64,000 bases of DNA from Microbotryum violaceum (taxonomy: Eukaryota), in the NCBI GenBank assembly GCA_001244265.2, contig CDLV01000006.1, forward strand, positions 2,046,001 through 2,110,000, written 5' to 3'. This document shows positions 44,721-59,574 of this stretch, piece by piece. Under the pieces are notes generated by a model, which saw only the letters and a list, made by a program, of their open reading frames with translations, did no database searches and was not told where the DNA came from. Positions within the stretch are counted from its first letter, which is position 1; every line of letters starts with the position of its first letter. The translations under genes were made by a program, and so were the position numbers.

Positions 44721-47700
44721 ATGTCAGACCTCACCGACCAGAGCTCGCTTTCATCCGATTCAGATACCGACAGGGCATCCCATGCGGGACCATCGGGTAC
44801 ATCTAGAACAAGTCGAGGGAGAGGACGAGGGAAAGCCGCCCGAGGTAGGGGGGCTCGGGGGGCTAGAGGGGCAGGAGCCCGAGGAGGTTCGGCACCCACC
44901 AAGAGAGCCGGTCGCGGCGCTTCGTTGCCTCAGTTCCCACCACGGGAATATTCCTCGCCTTCATCCCAGGGCTCTCGATCCTCCGGGTTTGTCGCTTCGC
45001 CTTCACCCGAACTTGGCGCCCCTCCGAACGGTCAATCCGCCCATGACGCCGCGCCGAGCGACAACGAGGAAGGATTGGTCAACCTTACCTCCGGACCCGA
45101 AGTTGACGATCGACAATCCGACAGCCAAACCCCCGAAGAGGACCAGGAAGAGGAAGAGGAAGATATAGACTTGGAAGAGAATGACGACGCCGACGGCTCT
45201 CAATCGTCGTCGTTGTCCGAGACCTCGAGCCTTTCTTCGACCGGTTCACCTGGACCCCAACCCGCTGTATTGCTCAACGGGTCGTCGACTATCAACGCGT
45301 TCCCGATACACAGAGGACTGAAGCGAGGTCGGAGCTCCCCACTCACCGATCTATCGGCCGACGAATCGGATAAGGAACACGATCGTGCCGAATCCGACGA
45401 GGACGAGGCACCCCCCACGGCGACTTCGAAGCGGAGTCGGAAACGCGTCGTCGAGAGTGAGTCGGGCAGTGAGGATGATGCGACGGATGTAATCAGCTCG
45501 CGCAGACGCCAGGCCGACGATGACGACGACGGATCGGAATTCGATGATGACGACGACGATGACGCTGCCGCGGAGGCGCGAGCCTTCGATCTGGGCGAGG
45601 CAAGTCCTGCTTTGACCGATTCGAATGCACCCACCCGCGACGGAACGCCCAACGACGCGTCACGAGACACCACGCCTGCGCCTCGTGCGTCAGCATTCAC
45701 GGCCAAGAGTCGAGGTCGGGGCAGACCGAGGGGAGCGAAGAAGTCGTTTCCAACGTCGGGCGCAGGAAGAGGTCGAGCATCGCCCAAGAACACCAATACT
45801 TCAACTATGGCCCTTCAGAGTTTCCTCACCCCGATGCGGGCTACAAGAGCCACAGTTACATTACCTCCAGGCTATATCGAGGGCATAGGGAGCAGTCGCT
45901 GGCCTAAGACCTCTCAGGGCGGTTCTCACGGCAAAACCACGTCGGTCGAGCCCTCAGAACGACACGCAAGCGAGGAGAGTCAGATGACCGAAATGACCGT
46001 CGATGTAGAAGAAGTGTCCGCCACACCAGTTGATGATTCCCCGGCCCCCGTCGCTTCGAGCAGCGGCAGTAAGCGCGAGGAGGAGACGAGCGCCGAGCCG
46101 ACTTCAACAACAGTCAAGGGCGCAGCACTGACCGCGAAGCCGGCTGAGTTCGAGGATGACACTCAGTGGCCAACGCCAAACATCGCTCTGGCCACGCCAA
46201 CCGAAGGAGACGAGCTCGTTGGAGAGATGGCAGTCGTTGCACGGTCAGAGAACGAGCTTGTCTTGAAGGAAGAGGAAGACGTCAGTACAGAGCCGGAGGT
46301 CGAGGTGCGCGCATCCCCAAAACCCAAACCCAAAGCGGCGGGCAAGAAGGGACGGAAAGGTAAGCAAAAGGCTGCTTTGGATTCCGAGGTCATCCCCGAT
46401 AGGCCAACTCTCTGTAAGTTACACATTCGCACCATTTTAGTCTCTGACCTGGGCAGAATAAGCACTAATCGCTTATTTCCTGTGATTCGTGCATCGTTTT
46501 AGCAAAACGGAGGCGATTGTCGGAAGGCGAGATTGAGCGCAATGCCCAGCGAAACACCGCACGAATGGCCCTGCTCGCACAACTTGCGGCCGAGGAGCAA
46601 AATATCATCGACGGAACCCATCCGATGGTCGAGGCCGCGTACACTAGACTTCGAGAGGAGAAGCGACGACGTATCGCGGGTCTTTCACGGACACAGAGCT
46701 GGCGCGAGATTGCCTACGAACGGGAAAGGGACGCATCGATACAGAAAGTCTGGGTGGCCTGGGCCGACGCCAAGGATCAACTCCGGATGAGCATGTTCAC
46801 CGAGAACCACCAGTCTCTGCGACAACTTGTATACGAGGAGAAGCAACTGCCGTTTCTGCGCGATCATCCGCTACTTATGGACGAGTGTCAAGTGCCACCG
46901 GCGCCGCACTTTCGAGCGCCGATCCTGGAGGGGAACCAGGCTTTCACGCCTCGGAAGGTCATTCATGCGGGGCATTACTTGGAAGCGCCACCCACGAACA
47001 AGGCGCTCGACCATTCTGCGGGGCAATTATCGAACGAAGAGATCAATGCAGATCTTGCAGTGCTGATGAACCCCGACGAGGTCTTCGGCCCACCCCGTCC
47101 TCAAGCGTCCCCTGCCGTACTCGATGTCAGCCCTATCATGACAGCTCCTCGGCCTGTCGGTGTGCCTGTATACCCCTACGCCCCTGCATACTACTACGTC
47201 CACGCTTCGCAGTACGGGTCGGTACCTGCGGGCCACCCGGCTCCTCCCCATACATATTATGCAATGCCTCCAGCGCCGGCCACGGTGCCCACGCCACCAT
47301 CCACACACGCCGCCTCAGCTCTAGGGCCTGCACAACACTCGCATCAGCATCCACACCAGCACCAGCATCAACATCATCACCACCACCACCATGCGCATGC
47401 TCCAGGTCCCGCTCCTGCCACCTCATCTTACGATCATCACCACTCGCACCCGCGGCCGCTGAGTCCGCCGCTCTCGAACACCAAAACAAAGCAAGCTACA
47501 GCAGGTTCGCTTCCTCAATCGCGAGCGTCTCTGAATGGCACCTCGTCGTCGCCTAAATCGCAAGCGCCGCCGTCGGCGGCCGCTGCGCCTCCAGCGCTTT
47601 TCCGGTTCCCCGGCACCTGCAGCGCATCAGGAAACCCCAGTGCATCTCTCCCAGCTCCTGCCCTGCAACATTCCAGAGACAGGGACCCTGGCATAAATAC

Positions 47701-47971
47701 CTACCCGTACCCGTCGATGAGCTTAGGCTCTTATTCCAAGACGGCTTCGGGGACCCATGGGCAAGGCGTCGCTCAGCCCCAAGTGACTTCGTACAGCCCA
47801 CATCCCTCGGGACCATACGGCTGGGGCGCGTTGGCGCAAAACTCGGCCCGAGCTTCGCCGACCGGCCCTACAGCAAGCAATGCGAGCAAGAGCGAAAGTA
47901 GTCAACACAGTGGTACATATTATGGTGTCCAAGGGAATGGTCAACAGAGCCATTACGCATATTGGGGATGA
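44721..47971 (+). CDS. Sds3-like family protein (Rpd3L/Sin3 HDAC complex, Dep1/Sds3-like)
   Basis: Long acidic disordered N-terminus; after an intron (~46414-46502), RMALLAQLAAEEQNIIDGTHPMVEAAYTRLREEKRRRI, typical of the Sds3 coiled coil. Confidence 0.7.
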
Positions 47972-48678
47972 ACGTTGGGGACGAACAGTTTTGCCCACCG
48001 AGGAGTACCTCGTGAAAATTGACGACTGCCTTCGTCCTGTTTCGCGAAGTCCACTTACCATCCACCCTATTTACGCGGTATTTGATCATATTCTTGGGAT
48101 GTAGCCATGAGCGAAATGAATGTCACAGCCTGTCGAATTGCATGTGTTTGCGGATATGGGTCCAGATCGAGCCTCGAAATCGGGAGAGCCGCGAACCTGT
48201 GCACCTGTTATGGTTCTATGCAAACCAACGCAAGTCATGCTGCTCTTCGAGAATTTCTGAGAACACGGGGGTACCATGTCAAGAAAGTCTTCATGTTTGG
48301 CTGGCGTCGGAGAACCTTGCATCCGTATTGGCCCACTCTTTGGAAGTGAGCGGCGAGCGGTCTTTGTCCATAGTGACCGGCCGGCCCATCTTGCGCCGAT
48401 GCCCTTTGTCCGGCCGGCCGCCGAGGTCCGATTACACGGCGTGCAGGGACCATTTGCGTCATTGGGGCTTTACTATCTTTTTCCTCGTCCTCCTCCCTCC
48501 ATTCGTACAATATCCTTGCTTTGGGCCGGTGCCTCAAATACCGGCGCTAATAGGGCTTAGACTCCAAAACCCGCGCTCTCTCTGTTGCCCCGCCCCAGAC
48601 CCGTCTCAGATTTGCTGTGCATCCAGGCTACCACGCGACCCGACTACCTCACCACGCAACCCGACTACCTCGCCAACC

Positions 48679-49722
48679 ATGAATCATATCTATCACACAT
48701 TCGGACCGGTCCTTCTCTTAGCCCTCATTGTCCTCCAACTTCTTACGTTACTGTCCCCGACACCTCTGTTTCCTGAAAGGGTGTCGATGTTGAAAGTCAC
48801 CCTTACCGGAGTTGCAAGTAAGAGCTCGCAGTCCAATTCGACAAACATGATGATCGGGGCTCCTAGGCCGTAGCCAATGCAGCAGAATTTACATCGCCTT
48901 CCAGCTCTCTTCGAGCTCATGACCGTATCTCGAGGCGCAAGAAGAGGGAAGCGAACAACTCGGAGTTCGGCTCCAGCTCGTCCTCGGGCACGAACCCGAT
49001 CACCTCCACAAACTCCTCCTTGAGCACGGCGGCGCAGAATCGTGTGACAGTACATCTGAGGTATGGCTCTCTCGGTGAGAGTTTTTTTCACCTCTATGTG
49101 TCGGAAAACGCCGAACTTACAAGCCTTTTCGGCATGCAGGCGCCTGTCATCGTGTGAGGTTGCCCACCTCGTCACTCTTGACCTGCCAGTCACCGACCCT
49201 CACACCTATGTTCACCCCGCTTTATTCCTCGCTCACATTGCCGACGTCTACCCAAGTCAACCTCCTTCCTTCCCAATTTCTTGTCGTCCCCACTCTTTTG
49301 ATGTCGACTTTGGTCCTTCTGACACTTGGGTGGGTTCTCAACATCGCCTCCTCCCTTGGAGCCAAAGCCCCTAAATGGGTACCGCGCTCCCTTTCCAAAC
49401 GGCAAAACGGATGGCGATGAGCATCCATGTTCTGCGTTGGAGCCGCCTTATTGATTGGTACTGTGACGACCTTGTCTCAGAGGTTGGACTTGGCCAAGAT
49501 CAGCAAAGCCATCAATGCCCATGATTCGCAAGGGGCTATGGTCGCGTGGTGGGGGACGGGCCAACAAAGCGAGTTTTGCCAAATCTCCCCATTGTTCATC
49601 TCGTTAAACCGTTACCAAAGGCTGACCTCTTTATTTCTTACACTTGTTCAGATCTTTGGGTGGGATGGGGAATGACGTTCTTGTCCTTGGCTCTGCTGGT
49701 CGGAGAAGGTCTCACTCGTTGA
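48679..49722 (+). CDS. Small multi-pass membrane protein (possibly SUR7/PalI-like)
   Basis: N-terminal hydrophobic GPVLLLALIVLQLLTLL plus further TM-like exons (FLVVPTLLMSTLVLLTLGWVLNI, MFCVGAALLIG); several introns. Confidence 0.45.
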
Positions 49723-50165
49723 GCCCGACAAGGCGCGACCCCTCTTCAATCATGTGTACCAGGTTTGCTCAATGCTCTTGTCCACTTTAGCGCTAAAGAC
49801 AGTACTAGTTAAAAATATATCCACCTCTGCAATACTAAAACTTCGGAATCTCTCAAGGTCGCATCGAGTTCACAGACCTACGTCGGAATGCACTTTCTCT
49901 CGCGATAGCGGTCACGGAACGACGTGGATGTGTTCCAGACGGATGGATATGCGCGTGTCAAGAGGAGAAGGAATCTACAGACTGATGATTGAGGCTATAT
50001 GCTATACTTCTAAAAATTTGAACACAAAAACAGGTGGAGTGCTATGGCGCATCAGGCGTGAAAACAAGGGGGGAAAAACGAGTAAGACCCAGGACACGTA
50101 AACAAACAAAGATGTGGATAGGGTGTATAGACTGGGACTGGCTACAAAACTAAGCGAAAGGGCCA

Positions 50166-53100
50166 TCACCAAGCAACGTGGGAAGTCGCGGTCGAAGAGG
50201 GATGACTCGGGCTGGGCCAATAGAGGCGAGGCAGGATCGAGGACCCGCCCGAGGTTTGCACGTTGTCGGCGGCGCCACCGAAGCGCTCCAATTCGGCCTC
50301 GAGAGAGTCGTCGAAGCCCCATCCGGCGCCAGCACCGCCACCAGTTCCAGGGCTCATGCCCCAAGAAGCACGACTTCGGACTCCAAGAGGGGTCGACAAG
50401 AGCGCCGACTGGAATGCTCCACCTGCTGAGGAATGGGCGCGGCCCGAGGGCGAACGAACATGGCGAGCCGAGTACGGCGGAGGCGATCGGAAAGCGTGCG
50501 AGGCGACACCATCGGCAAGAGCAGCGACAGCGGGGATGTGTCGCATGCCGGGCAAGCGCTTCTTCTCGGGGTCGGCAGAAAACGAGGACTTGTCCTCTAA
50601 AGTTTGGACCGGCGACATTGGGGCACGCACGACTCCTCCGCCTCGGATCGAAGAGACGGGGCTATGGGTGTGGACGATCGCAGCGGGGGACAGAATTGCA
50701 GCCGGCTCGCGCTCTTCCTTGTCAGAGCTGTTGGATCGAGAGCGAGCTCGAACGGTCGCAGCGTGGCTCGAGAACACGTGGGGGCCGGACAAGAACGGGG
50801 CGACGTCTTGCTCAGGGTTGGCTAGGAGCGACGAGAGAGCATGGCCGCTCGGACGGACTCGGTCGCGAGTCGAGTGAGAAGGCATGATCCCCGTCGCTTC
50901 GGGAGAGGCAAGCAAAGCCAAGGCACGGTGGTCGGTCATCGACTGCGTGTACGAGATGGGCTGGTAAGGCCCGGCGAGGCGGTGGTATACCGAAGTCGGT
51001 GGCGAGGCCGTCAACGAGGCAACGAGACTTTGACGGCGTTGCTGCTGCAGGGTGGGAGGTGGGCTCGCTCGGGTCGTTATCGGTCTAGGTACATAAGGCG
51101 CTTCAAGATTCGCGTTGCGTGGCTTGTCCTTGGATAGTTCTGCGCAAGGCACTGCCGTGGCGAGAACCTTCGAGTCAATGGAGCTACGTCGGACCAAGAG
51201 CGACCTCGATCGTGGTTCAGCGCTACCGATGCCGATAGCGGACTGGGAACGACTCATGGCAATCGAGGGTCGAGGTTGGGCAAGGTTCACAGACGGGGAC
51301 AGAGCACGGCCAGGCTCCATCGCCGACAATGATCGGATGGCTTGGGGGCGAGCACTTGACGCCGTGGCGATAGGAACCGTCGAAGGACGGCGCAGAGCCA
51401 TAGGGCCTGGGGATTCGACTCGCGTTCTCTTCTTGGGCGCCGAAGTGCTGTGGGACGTGGTAGCGTTGGGCGGTGACGAAGCTAGATCCGTAGAAACAAC
51501 TCCTGACTCTGCTAGAGCGGCCGCGGCGGCAGCGGCAGCGATCGCTTTTGCACTTCGTGGGCGGCGATTGCTCGTCGACCCTCCCTTCTTTGTGAAACCA
51601 CCATCGGCAAATTGATCCGCACAACCGGGCACAATGGCCCAAAGACAGCCTTTGCCAGGGTTGTCGGGCTCGCGGGCCGTCTTGACGAAGCACTCGTTGA
51701 GACTGAGATTATGTCGGATGGAGTTCTGCCAGCCAGCATCCTCCTTCTTGTAGTACGGGTAGCAAGCCATGATGTACGCATAGATGTCGGCGAGGGAGAT
51801 CTTGCGATCCTCGGTGGAGAAGATGGCTTGACCTATCAAGGCGGCGTAGGACCAATGAGGCTTGGCGTGTCCATCGGCCGACATGATCGCGGGCGTGGTG
51901 TCGGCACGATGGATTGGAGTATTGCGGCTGCGAGCTCCAAGATTGGTCAAGTTGGCGGACACCAGAGCATGTGGGGCCCCACTGGAAGCACCACCCTGTT
52001 TCGAAAGCATCGTCGGTCCCGGGCTGGAGCGATGGCCACGAGGCTGAACGGGTTGGTACTCGGATAGCTGCGACGCTTGCGAGGAAACCGGTGAGGACGA
52101 GGGCAAGCCCCGGAAGAGATGGTCGGGTGCTGAGGTCGGGTGAGGCTGGAGTTGGTAAGATACTGCGAAGCTTGAACCTCCAGCTGCCGATGCTCCGTCA
52201 GAGACCGGAGGCGACGAGTCGCAAAATGACGGTGCTCGTAGTGATGCAAGCGATGGCGACGGTGAAAAAGCTTGCTCGGCGCCGTGCTGTGGCCAAGGCG
52301 CATTGGCGACGTTGACATCGCCAGATGAATTGCCTGTCGAGGAGGACAACGGGGTCGACGCGTCGGAGAAGGGGCTCGACAGGTCCGCGATAATCATCTG
52401 GCGACGCACGCGCGAGAATAAGTCGCGAGTCAGTCTCAACGAGAAGGGAGGGCCAGTGGAACAATTTTCAGGATAATTCCACTCACCATGTCGGCCGCTC
52501 GGGCAGCAGCGGCGCGTTGCTTGCGAGGTGTCGGCTTTTTCTCCATCGCTTCGAGCTCATCGAGCTCGCTCCTGAGCAGTTTGGCAATATCCGGTGAGAA
52601 GAGCAAGCTCGGCGCACGGCCTCGAGAAGGCGCAGGGGAGGTCATCAAGCGATCCGGCGAGATGTTGGGCAAGCGACGAGGAGGTGACATGGTAGAATCG
52701 ATCGGTCGAGGTCGAGAGGCGGCCGGGGAAGTGGCCGGGGACGAAACCACTCGACGTCGCGGAGCGCTAGACGATGCCTTGTCACTCCCTACTGCAGAAC
52801 TTGGCTCTTCGGAAAGCACGGCCGGCGTGCGATCCGACATGAAGCGCTCCATCATCCCGCGACGCGGAAGAGAAGCGGTGCCAAGTGGTGAGGTGGCATG
52901 TTGTGCGCTGCCTCCGATGAAAGAAGGGGACGGGAGCAGTGACGCCCCTGACGGAAGTCGGGAAGCCGAAACCGAAGCCGAAGTTGCTTGACGTGACTCG
53001 GAGAAAGGCTCGTCTTCTTCACTCGACGAATCTTCCTGCGCCCACTTGCGCACCTGTGACTCGCGGGTATCTTCTCCCCGACGTTGACTACGCTGCACAA

Positions 53101-53944
53101 TGTCCTCGAAGCTCGGGTGCGTCTTGAGCTCATGGTTCGAGACCCCGCGCTCTCCCTCGAGGCCCACGTCGTCCCCGTCAGCCTCGCGGGTCTCGCCGAT
53201 CGACTCGAAAGCATTCCTGGATCGCTTCGAGCCTGAAGCAGTCATGCTGAGCGTGGCGTGGGAGCGAGAGGCGCGAGCCTGCAATGGCGGCACTTGCGAA
53301 TGCACAGGGGTCATCATGAGGTAGTCGATGCCCATCGCCGACGAGGCTGCTGCAAGTTGTGCCGAAGCCTGTTCCAACGATGAGGGAGAGGGGTGGCTCC
53401 CGTCATTCTGTAAGAAGCGCATGACCTGCTGCTTGGCCTCTTCGAACTGGTCCGCGGTGATGCCATGTGCTTGAGCAAGCGCGAGGGTGGTAGACTTAGC
53501 AGGCGACGGCACGCCATTGGCTAATTTTGACCGCGCAGAAGTAGCGGTTCTCGCGCCCTCTGCCCTTGTGGGCGCCATCTCGACATCTTTGCTCAAGCCC
53601 TGGTGCGACGCCGTACGCTGGTTACGGGGACAAGACGGAGGGTTCGAAGGGGCCGCAAAATCGGACTCGTCATCGTACGCGATCGAGGCGAAACGCGTGT
53701 CGAGCCTGGGGGGAGGGGAGGGTGTCGGATGGATGCGCACGCTGCGCCGTGTAATGCCCGCCTTGGAGGTGCGGCCGCGTCCAAATCGATGACCATCGGT
53801 TGGAGTAGCGATGAGCTCGTTGAGGGGAGAAGAAGAGCAGGGAAACCCGTCGTCGTCATAGAGGCGCTTGCCAGTGTGGGTAAGAGCGGGCGTCTGCTGC
53901 CCAAACGACGAGGACTGGGTGAGAGGCGAGGTGCGAATCGACAT
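50166..53944 (-). CDS. Forkhead transcription factor (Sep1/Hcm1-like)
   Basis: KPHWSYAALIGQAIFSTEDRKISLADIYAYIMACYPYYKKEDAGWQNSIRHNLSLNECFVK..PGKGCLW. Intron 52398-52486 joins the two long ORFs. Confidence 0.9.
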
Positions 53945-55911
53945 GACGTGACTGTTGACGGTTCAAGCATTACAAAGTGAATAAGATCGGTGGGGAAAGG
54001 GTGTCAGGATGGGGGTTTGGGGAGCGAGCGGACGGAAGCCAAGCGGGCACGAGTAGCAAGACGCGACGAGCGAAGCGCGAGCGCGGCAAAGGCAAAGGGG
54101 TCGATCGCGAGGCGGAGCGTAAGGGGAACGCGGCAAAGTCAGCTCGAGCTGTACAAGCATGCACACACGCCAGAAGGATCAACTACTCACATAATGGTTC
54201 ACTAGCTGATACGACACGTCGACAAGCGAGTTTGATCCAATGCGATGGCTGTGGGCGTACTGCAGTGCGCTGAACTGGGGCGGTGAGGACCACGGTCACG
54301 ACGCCAGCCAGATCGACGACGCGTTGCCACCGAGTCCAAACAGAGGCGCGAGGCGACTACGAGACAAGGCGCTAGCGCTGCGATCAGCGAAGAGGAAGGT
54401 GAACGGCAAACAGCGCGACGAATGAGGAGAGCAAAAAATCATGTCAGTGTCATGTTGTGTACAAGGGAGTGAACAAGTAGATGTGGGGACTGCACGACCG
54501 GGGTGTCTCATGTGGGTGTATGCACCGCGACAAGGTACTGATGGGATCGCCGACCTGCGCCCGCGCGGCGCGCAGCAGGGCTTCGACACCAAGGCAAAGC
54601 GCGCCTGCCGGGCCCGCAGAGGGAAGCGCAACTGCTGCAGGCTCCGTCGAGACTCGCCTGACCGAAACGAGGAAGAGAGCAAAAGCGACTCGTCACTCAC
54701 CTCGGGAGTAATCCAGAGGTGAACCCGAAGTGAAAGTCAGAATCGTCTTTCGTTCGTATAACCAGCAGTCAGGTTACCGCAGAAAGTCAAGGTCCGGCAG
54801 GCGACCGAAAGGAGGAGCGCAGAACGACGCAAGCCGACCACTCGCAGGTGACGCGGTGACGAGCGGAGAGATGTGACGACTGGCGGGAGCAAGCTTGACG
54901 TCGGTGCTGAAAAGGCGGCGCTGCTGCAGTCGAAAGAAGTCCGGTCCCGAGACCAGAGGGACGTGTAGAAGAAGATACTGGATCAAGGTGTGCTGGAGGT
55001 CGTGGTTGAATCCACTGAGTGTGGCGCCGTGAATCCTGGTAAGTCGGGCGTGGTGAACGGCGAAAGGGTAAACGCGTCGAGTGGTGGTCGCCCCGTTCGC
55101 GTGTTCCGCCTCTGGGCTTGCAATTGGGGGTCTCACGGCTCCATCGCTAATTGCACTTTATGCCTCCCGGCCTCAATGAGAAACAAGGGAAAAAAAGAAT
55201 AAAAAAGCTCGCCATAGGTTCTACAATCGTGTTCATCGAACCATGCTTCGCAATCTGACCTCCCTCGTATCGAATCTTTTTGCGCCCACGAGGCGACTTG
55301 ATGCGAGCCGAGTTTTCGCACTCGGTTTCCCGTTCCGCGTCTGCGCCGACGCCGACGACTCGTGAGTCGTGTCGCACTGCGGGTACGCTTTGCAGGCAAT
55401 GTCACATTTTCAGGTGAGCATGTTTCAAGTTTCAGTGCTACGTGTGTGGTAGTACAGCCAGCGGCTGAATGCTCAAGTCGAGCAGCCGGCGGCTGGGGTT
55501 AGTAGTACTATACTAACAGTGCCACCTGGCACGGCCAGCGGGATCGCTGGACGCGCAGGCTGAGCGTTCAGTATAATTCAGTATGCGCGCATCCATCAAG
55601 ACAAGTTTTCGCGACAATCTCTTTCTTGTCTCATGGTTTACTCTTCTTTAAAATATAGGGAGGTACTAACTGCTCACGCGGAAAATCAGGTCAGCCGAAT
55701 CGATTGCAGTGTAACGCGCCTTTGACGCGCGACTTGAACCGGTCCCTAAAAAAAGCAAACTGGTATTAGAATCACTAAGTAGCGCTGCAGCTAACGCGGT
55801 CGAGCGCCTACTCGCCCCGCTCCTGCTCGTCGTGTCTCGCTCGCTTGCTTCATCTCCCCCTGGTGTCCACGTGTCCTGTACTCGACAGCACCTCCTCCGG
55901 GCTTGGTCAGC

Positions 55912-57779
55912 ATGGCTCCGATCATGTCACGCTTAGGTGGCCGCGCGTCCTCGGCCTTGGATGACTCGCAGCGACCTCGTTTGGGACCTGATCGCTCGCA
56001 CTCAGCCTCATGGCATCGAGCTGAACCCTATGTACGTCTAGCTCTACACACGCTTCCTCGACATCGCCTAGCATGATCGTGTTCCCATGCTATGAATGGC
56101 TCGCTCACGCTCTTCCCCTCGGCCCACCTCTCTGTTGACGTTGACCGTCGCCGCCAATGACTTGCTCTCGCTGTTGGCGGTCCCATTGTGTCTCGCCGAA
56201 AATAACCGACCCACCACGATTACTACCGCAAACCACCTTGCATCTACATAGTCGCAAGCTCGACCTGACCCCAGCACGCTCCCGTCATGGAAGCAAGACG
56301 GCGTTCGCGCCGACCTGTTCGACGAGGGCTCGTCGCGATACAACATTCGCCTGAACCAAGGGCTGTTCCCTCACGCCGATCCACCAGCGCCTGAGGTGCT
56401 AAGACGAGTTGAACACGTACCCGAACACGTCGCACCCGCCGCCATCGCCGGGCCTGTGGCCGTCAACACTTCCTCCACCGCGGCGGATCTGGCAGATCGA
56501 TTCCTTTCCGGATCAACGGGCGCCGCTCGACCCTCCTCCGCGCCTGCGGCCCCTCGCCACGACCCCGCCTACGAACAGAGGGCACGTAAAGTTCAGCAGC
56601 ACAAGGAACACGAAGAGAGAAGGTTAAGGAAGCTCGCTGAGGACGAGGCCAAGAAGACCTTGCAACAGCAGCAGGAGAATGCCCGCTTGCAGAGGAAGAT
56701 CGCCGACTTTGAAGGCAAGGGTTTTGTGATTCAAGTCGAGGGGTTGGTCTATGGTACGAGCGCGGATGACGTGCAGGTAAGATTTGGTTTGATCCTTAGC
56801 ACTCATTTTCTGTATCATGGTCGCTGACGTGTTGCTGGCGGCGGACGCAACCTTGCCTATCTTTTAGACGGCTTTTGGCGCGTATGGCGAGACGACTTTT
56901 TGCTTCATCGTCAACGAGGCCACGGCAAGAGAAGATGATCCTCTCATCGCACGATTGACGTTCAAACGATTCGAAGATGCCGCCGACGCTTGCGCTAAGC
57001 TACAGTTCGTCCATTCTTGCCCCTCGTGATCTCAATGCAAAGTACCGAGAGGACTGATTTTCCGAAACCCCTTCTCAGCGGCGCGATTGCTGACGGTCGT
57101 GAATTGACGGTCAAACAAGTCGAACGTACACCTCCCCCTGCCACCTCTACCGACATCCTCGGAACCGCTCCGTCATCTTTGATCTCTGTCTCGACTTCAT
57201 ACTCTGCACCGTTGTCGCACAACCAGCCACTGAGGTCCGTTGCACATGGCCGCCGAACGGTGTCTGAGCCCATAATGCAGTATTAACTTCATTGTTCTGA
57301 CGCCTTTTTTCTATCCCACTACTCACAGGTCTAAACCCGATCCACCGACTCGATTCGCCGACACGCGATACGCGAAGCACGGCCGCTCCATGCACGACGA
57401 CAACGGCATGGACGTCGACATGTCGGAGCCTACACCGGCTCGTTCTTCGACTGTCCCATCAGCACGCAACCAATCAGGACCCTCTCGAGGACTCAGGGGA
57501 GGAGGCAGTGGTGGAGGACGGCATGGACCGATGTACGCTGGCCAGAACTCACGCTCGGATCAACATACTCATATGGGGCCCAAGGGTTACGGCCAGGCGC
57601 AGATACAGACACAGACCCCCGTCTCGCTCCTTGATAGGCTTGGTGGAGGGGTAGGGAACATTCGTGGGGGTCATACGGCTGGGAAGCAAGGGGATTCAGG
57701 AAGGGGGGGAGGGAACGCCCCACGGCAGCCACAGAAGAACTCGGGTCGCTTTCAATCGCTTGTTGCTAGGATGTCGTAA
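55912..57779 (+). CDS. RRM-containing RNA-binding protein with RG-rich tail
   Basis: IQVEGLVYGTSADDVQ|TAFGAYGE..ARLTFKRFEDAADACAKL..GAIADGRELTVK; GGRHG/RGG-rich C-terminus; multi-exon. Confidence 0.7.
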
Positions 57780-58262
57780 ACAGTCGAACCGCAATGACAC
57801 GGACCTTCTTCGTAGTCGCCGCCTGTAGGTGTGTGTATCTAAGAGAGGCCGTGCCAACCGTAATGTGCGGGCCGACTGAGCTCGCTGAAGCACCTTATGA
57901 GGGTTCGAGGTCTTGGTCTTTACTCCCCACCACAACTTTACTTTCTGATGTTCTGAGGACAGGGCAGAACAGGACAGACTCGAATCTCATTCTCAGTGAA
58001 CATTACGCCGAGGATCAACAATCAGTCATCTATGTGCCCGACTCGGTTGGCGCTCTGACCAGCCCGCTAGGAGTTAATCGGCGAAAAGTGGCTTCAAGTG
58101 GCGGCTCTGGCCGATTCAGCCGCCGCTGTCGCCTGCCAGCCCTGGCCGCTTTCGCAAGCAACGATCCGCTCTCACAGTCTCACTTTCACGCGCCAGAGTC
58201 CAAATACGTGCGTCGCTTGGTCCCCAACATACCGGACTCTTCGTGGGCGGGTGTAGACGAGC

Positions 58263-59574
58263 ATGTCGATGCTGATCCCCACCGCCGCTGGAGCGGTGTC
58301 CAAGGTGTTCCTCAAGCAATGGTGTAACGAGGTGCGCGTCACAGGCTTGCCGACCTTCTTGGACAAGCTCAATTCGGATCGAGGCGTTCTGACCAGTGAG
58401 TGGCTGCTCCTGAGAGTGGCTTTCTTTATGGGGTAAAGTGGAAAACTGATACTTTGCTTTGGTCCGTTCCATATCAGTTGCCAATCATATCTCGGTGTAA
58501 GAACCTGTTCGAGCTACTCGTCCAACACGCGTGGCGCGCTCTTGCTCGATCCCCTGACATCCGCTTCCCGAAGTCTTGGTCGAAAGGGAAGCTGATCTGG
58601 TCCTTTTGACCCAATTACACAGCGTTGATGAGCCTTTCATGTGGGGTTGTTTACCCATATCTCTCTTCATGGACACTCGAACCACTCGATGGACACTAGG
58701 CGCAAGCGACATGATGTTCACTGGAAAGTTCGTCAGCCTTTCTTCCTCTTCCGCCGATATACACTCTGCGTGATCTGACGATGCTCTTGGCGGCGCAACA
58801 GGTGGGATAGTTGGTTCTTCTCGAGAGGCCAGGTCATGGAGACTTTGCGCGGGAAAGGCATCTACCAAAAAGCGATCGATCGTGCGGCCAAGAAGCTCAA
58901 CGACGGGCAGTGGGTGAGTGGCGGTGAAAGTCCTTACCCTGCTCTTCCCAATGCGACCTCTCTCTTTCCAGTCTCAAGCTTGAGTTTGATTCTTCTGTCT
59001 GGATCTGATCTTCCTGTTTTCGACTGCAACAGGTGCACGTCTTTCCCGAAGGAATGATCAAGCAAGACACCTTGAACGAACTTCGGAGGTTCAAGTGGGG
59101 GATATCGAGATTATTGTTCGAGACGGATCCGGAAAGAATGCCCCATGTGGTGCCAGTATGGATCAAAGGTGAGAAGAAACAAATATCTCGGCAACCTAGG
59201 AGTGCTTCTAAAACCTCTCAACTACTTCCCGCCGACCAGGTTTCCAAGAGGTGATGGATGAGCGACGAGGGTGGCCCCGAATGCTCCCTCGGCCGGGGAA
59301 GAACGTCTCCATCATGTTCGGCAATTCGATCAACTCGGCGATCGATCCTCTCATGGCCAAATATAGAACCATTTTTCCCAATCCTTGGCGACCGGCGACA
59401 TATGGGAACGACGTCAAGGAGGATCTTCGAGTCGAACCCGAGGGTTTGGCGGCGATGAGGAGTGAGCTGGCGGCGCGGATTAGGGACGAGCTGATGAAGT
59501 TGGGCAACGATGGGAGGCTGGAGAAAATGTTGGAACAAAAACCGAATCGGATAAGATGGAATCGACTGGAATGA
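58263..59574 (+). CDS. TAZ1: Tafazzin (cardiolipin transacylase)
   Basis: GVLT|VANHISV|VDEPFMWG (HxxxxD), TRWTLGASD, RGKGIYQKAID, W|VHVFPEG, RFKWGISRL, VVPVWIKGF. Confidence 0.92.

Noticed and set aside
50114-53980. Long plus-strand ORFs opposite the forkhead gene, and similar antisense ORFs elsewhere
   Set aside because: Shadow ORFs expected from GC-rich codon usage, with no independent motifs.
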